From NCBI GenBank assembly GCA_013239625.1, contig MU057352.1, positions 30,511,277 through 30,575,276 of the forward strand: a stretch of DNA of 64,000 nt, in the 5' to 3' direction. Below, in pieces: positions 61,061-64,000 of this stretch; the stretch's first letter is position 1, and each line of letters starts with the position of its first letter. Made by a program: the position numbers and the translations under genes. The DNA comes from Lama guanicoe. Lineage: Eukaryota. Below the pieces are notes generated by a model. It made no database searches. It was not told the origin of the DNA and saw only the letters and a program-made list of their open reading frames with translations.

Positions 61061-64000
61061 AAAATTAGAAAAGTGCATTAGTTTACAACACTACAGTAAA
61101 TGGTTCTTTCTTTTTCTGTAAAGACTTTGTAAAATATATACAGGGTTGCTTAGTGCATTCGTTACAAAAGAAAGATGCAATCCCTTGCATTAGTTACATT
61201 TTTACACGGGCTGGATGTCTACTTGGACTTGTAAACATTGGTGATACAGTTCTGTTTTTGTTTTTTTGTTTTTTCACTCTTCAGGTTAAGCTGCAGTAAT
61301 AAATACTTCTGATATTCACTTGATGGTTGTCTCATTCTGTCAAACTTCAGAACGGCATTCTAAGGCCATTTGTGAAGGCGCCCTCTCCGCAGGCGGAGAA
61401 GGCAGAGGAGAGACGAAAGGAAAACAAACAGGAACAGCAGGCTTCTTTGAATTTGGTTCGCTGCGGTCCAGCCGGAGCCACTGGTTTTGCCACATCTGGT
61501 GTGGCTGCCCACCAAAGGTCTGATGCCTTGACCGCGGCTGGGCCTGTCATCCAAAGCCCAAACGCCCACCGACGTGGGAAGGGAGGTCCCGGCTAGGGGT
61601 TCGGGACAAGCCATTCCATCCTCCTGGCAAGTGGCCAGGCTGACCCAGCTTCTGGTGGAGGCTGCCTGACTCCCATCTCGCCCTGGGGAATGTTCTGGAA
61701 GCCCTCCAGCAGCACCACCAACAGAACTAACCCAGGTCCTCTTACCACAGTCATGAAAACTCCAGCAATGCCAACAAAGATACCCAGTCGGTGCACACAT
61801 GCGCCCCCGATGAAGCCACACAGACCCGCCCCCGCGCCCCCGCCCCGCCCCCAGGATGAGCCCCGTGCCTGTGCGCCGGTCACCTTCATGGGTGTGAGTC
61901 TGCAGTTCACTCACGCTTCACTCCTACGCCTGGGGCCACAAAAGACTCTCTAAATTGTCACGGTTCTGAGGCACAAGGATACACAGTTGGCTGAAGTTAC
62001 AAAGGGTCCGTCTTAGAGGGAGCATCAGCCATTTCCTGGCCTGCTGGGAATAGACTAGAAATCCTTCCTCCGTGATGAGTTCAGTAGTTTAAAACCTACT
62101 CCTCCTCTTTGCCGTCTTTGCCTGGGTCTCCTGTGTTTAACTGCAAGCTTTCTGATCGACACCCTTACGGACATGAGAGCCTCAGGTCCTCTAGCTGGGT
62201 TAGTCTTGTTTCCCATCTAAATTTTGCTCAATAACATCATTTCCCCTAATTCAATGCCTTACCTATGCCGTGGAGATTTCTGATAAAGCAGAGGGTGGAC
62301 TGAGATGGCCTCTGGAGGTCCCTTCCAGCCCCAAATGGCTGTCAAAATGCTATTTGTGGGCTGAATAAGCAGATATATAATTAGTCTGTTTCAAGGTTGT
62401 GTTCTTCTCCGAGAAGCCATCAAATTACAGAGAAGTTGTGGTAATTGTGGGTTCTGCTTCGTTGGGTTCCCGCTAATCGTGTTCTTCCCTTCATTGGATT
62501 TTTCTTTTTCGACCCAACTTTTAAAATTCAGCGCAAGAAAATGCCAGGATGGCCGGGCCATGATTTGGTTCCAATACCTGCTCGTCTGACTCTGTCTCTA
62601 GACCCTCTGCATCTTGGAAGTGTGTGGCCCTAGGAATTTTAGCCTTACAAGGCCAGGAAGCGTGGGCGTCTGGTTGACCACAATGGCCTCTTGCTGAGGT
62701 TGGCTGGTGGCAAATGCTCAGACACTCCGTAAACCATCACGGGATAATGAATCAGCTGGGCAGGATTACAGCACCTCACAGCTGCTGCCTCGCGCCTCAG
62801 GGGCTTTTTCCTCTCAGGGTGAGAAAAGGCAGGGCTTCCCGCAAGGCTGGTGGGGGCAAGGTGGGCTCCGGCTCGCTAGAAAACGTCCCGCCCACAGCAC
62901 AGCCAAGCATCTGGGGGCCGAGAGCAGGGCCACAAGCAAGAGGCTGTTAACGGAAGGGCCAGAGGAGCTGGGGGAAGACCTAGTCCTTCCAGTGCAAGGA
63001 GGAGACTCCCCAGGAGCAAGGAGCTGGCCCAGCTTAGGAACCCTATGCGGGGGCCCTTGGCCACCCCGCCCCCCACGGAACTGCCCGTCAAGGACCTGGT
63101 GCATGACCTTATCCCCTTTTGTCTTTGCCGGCACCTGTCTGGGAGACATCTGCTTCTCCCCTGACCATTTCATCCTTCGTAGAAAAGGCTAGGAAGTGAC
63201 TTGCCAGAGGCCACGTGGCCCGATAACAAAGAGGAAGAAAGGGAAGCCGCTGTTCGGTGCTTACAAAGGGCCCTGAGTTCTCCACCTCCCAACGCCCAGG
63301 AGCTGGGAGAGGCAAAGCTGAGGTTTTGTTTCTAGTGTCCGAGGTTTATGGCTAAACGTCACAAGACTTCCCTTTTCAAGACTGAGAGCTGCTCTCTGGA
63401 TGGCAGAGGTCTCCGAGAAACCGGACTGGTTTCCAACCCCAGTCCTTCTGGGAAAATCCACCCTTCCAGACCCTCGTTCACAAAAGAGGAAACAGGCTCA
63501 GAGAGATGGGACAGGATCTACTTGCAGACTTTCATTATCAAAGGAGGACCCAAAGGGACATTAGGATGGCTAGCTCCTCCAAGGAGCCCAAGACTCAGGC
63601 TATGGCTATTAGACTGAAGGACCTTGAAATAACTTTGTGCGAGGGCACTGGGGAGCCATGAAGCTTCCTGAGCATAAGAATGGCCTGGATGACTTAGCAT
63701 GTGACCAGCTTGTGAAGGGCCTTGACACTTCACTGCCTCATCCACCAGGCGTGGCTCTGTGGCAAGAGTCCACTGATCAGTGGATGAAATCTGTGCTCCC
63801 TGAACTTTCATACGTCCGTGCCTCGCCTAAAACAGTGCCCACTTGCTCCTCCAAGGTTCTCCTCAAAGATTATCAAAAGCCAGTTCCTCCGTGAAGCCCT
63901 GCCTGAGTTCCTCCATCAGGCTGATTAGTTCCTTCCATATTTTGACTGCAAGTCAAATGCCCCAGAGTAACCTTGCAGGAGACTCGGACTGGGCTTTGCG
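61030..64000 (-). other. Terminal 3' UTR of an unidentified gene (CDS not seen in window; right extent uncertain)
   Basis: AU-rich terminal ~300 nt with multiple UGUA, a Pumilio element UGUAUAUA (61135-61142) and miRNA seed matches; no recognisable coding exon up to 64000. Confidence 0.55.

Noticed and set aside
61030-64000. Naming the flanking gene
   Set aside because: No coding sequence is visible and I cannot reliably identify the UTR from memory.
1-64000. CRISPR arrays, operons or other prokaryotic systems
   Set aside because: The sequence is mammalian and has no regularly spaced repeat-spacer array; short tandem duplications (e.g. ~1064-1094, ~28093-28118) look like slippage products.

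Overview
Mammalian, non-prokaryotic genomic DNA, most likely camelid (alpaca/camel), judged from Vic-1-type tRNA-derived SINEs and lineage-type L1 3' ends. I found no intact protein-coding gene; the ORF track is essentially noise or transposon-derived. Contents: (i) a dense fossil record of old eutherian TEs (L2, MIR, MLT1/MLT2, LTR16, MER20/53/91A, HAL1, L1M), including a ~3.5 kb ERVL gag-pol-dUTPase remnant; (ii) a decayed, intronless LEUTX-like (PRD/ETCHbox) homeobox retro-pseudogene at ~36.7-36.9 kb; (iii) an orphan CpG-island promoter at ~25.1-25.6 kb abutted by a solo ERV1-type LTR, with candidate minus-strand exons and a poly(A) site at ~5.14 kb that together suggest a ~20 kb lncRNA (possibly a germline/piRNA-precursor-type locus, which is inference only); (iv) the AU-rich terminal 3' UTR and poly(A) site (~61.05 kb) of an unidentified minus-strand gene whose coding exons appear to lie beyond the right edge; (v) strong CTCF and RFX motifs. 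TE family names come from remembered consensus sequences and their boundaries are approximate.
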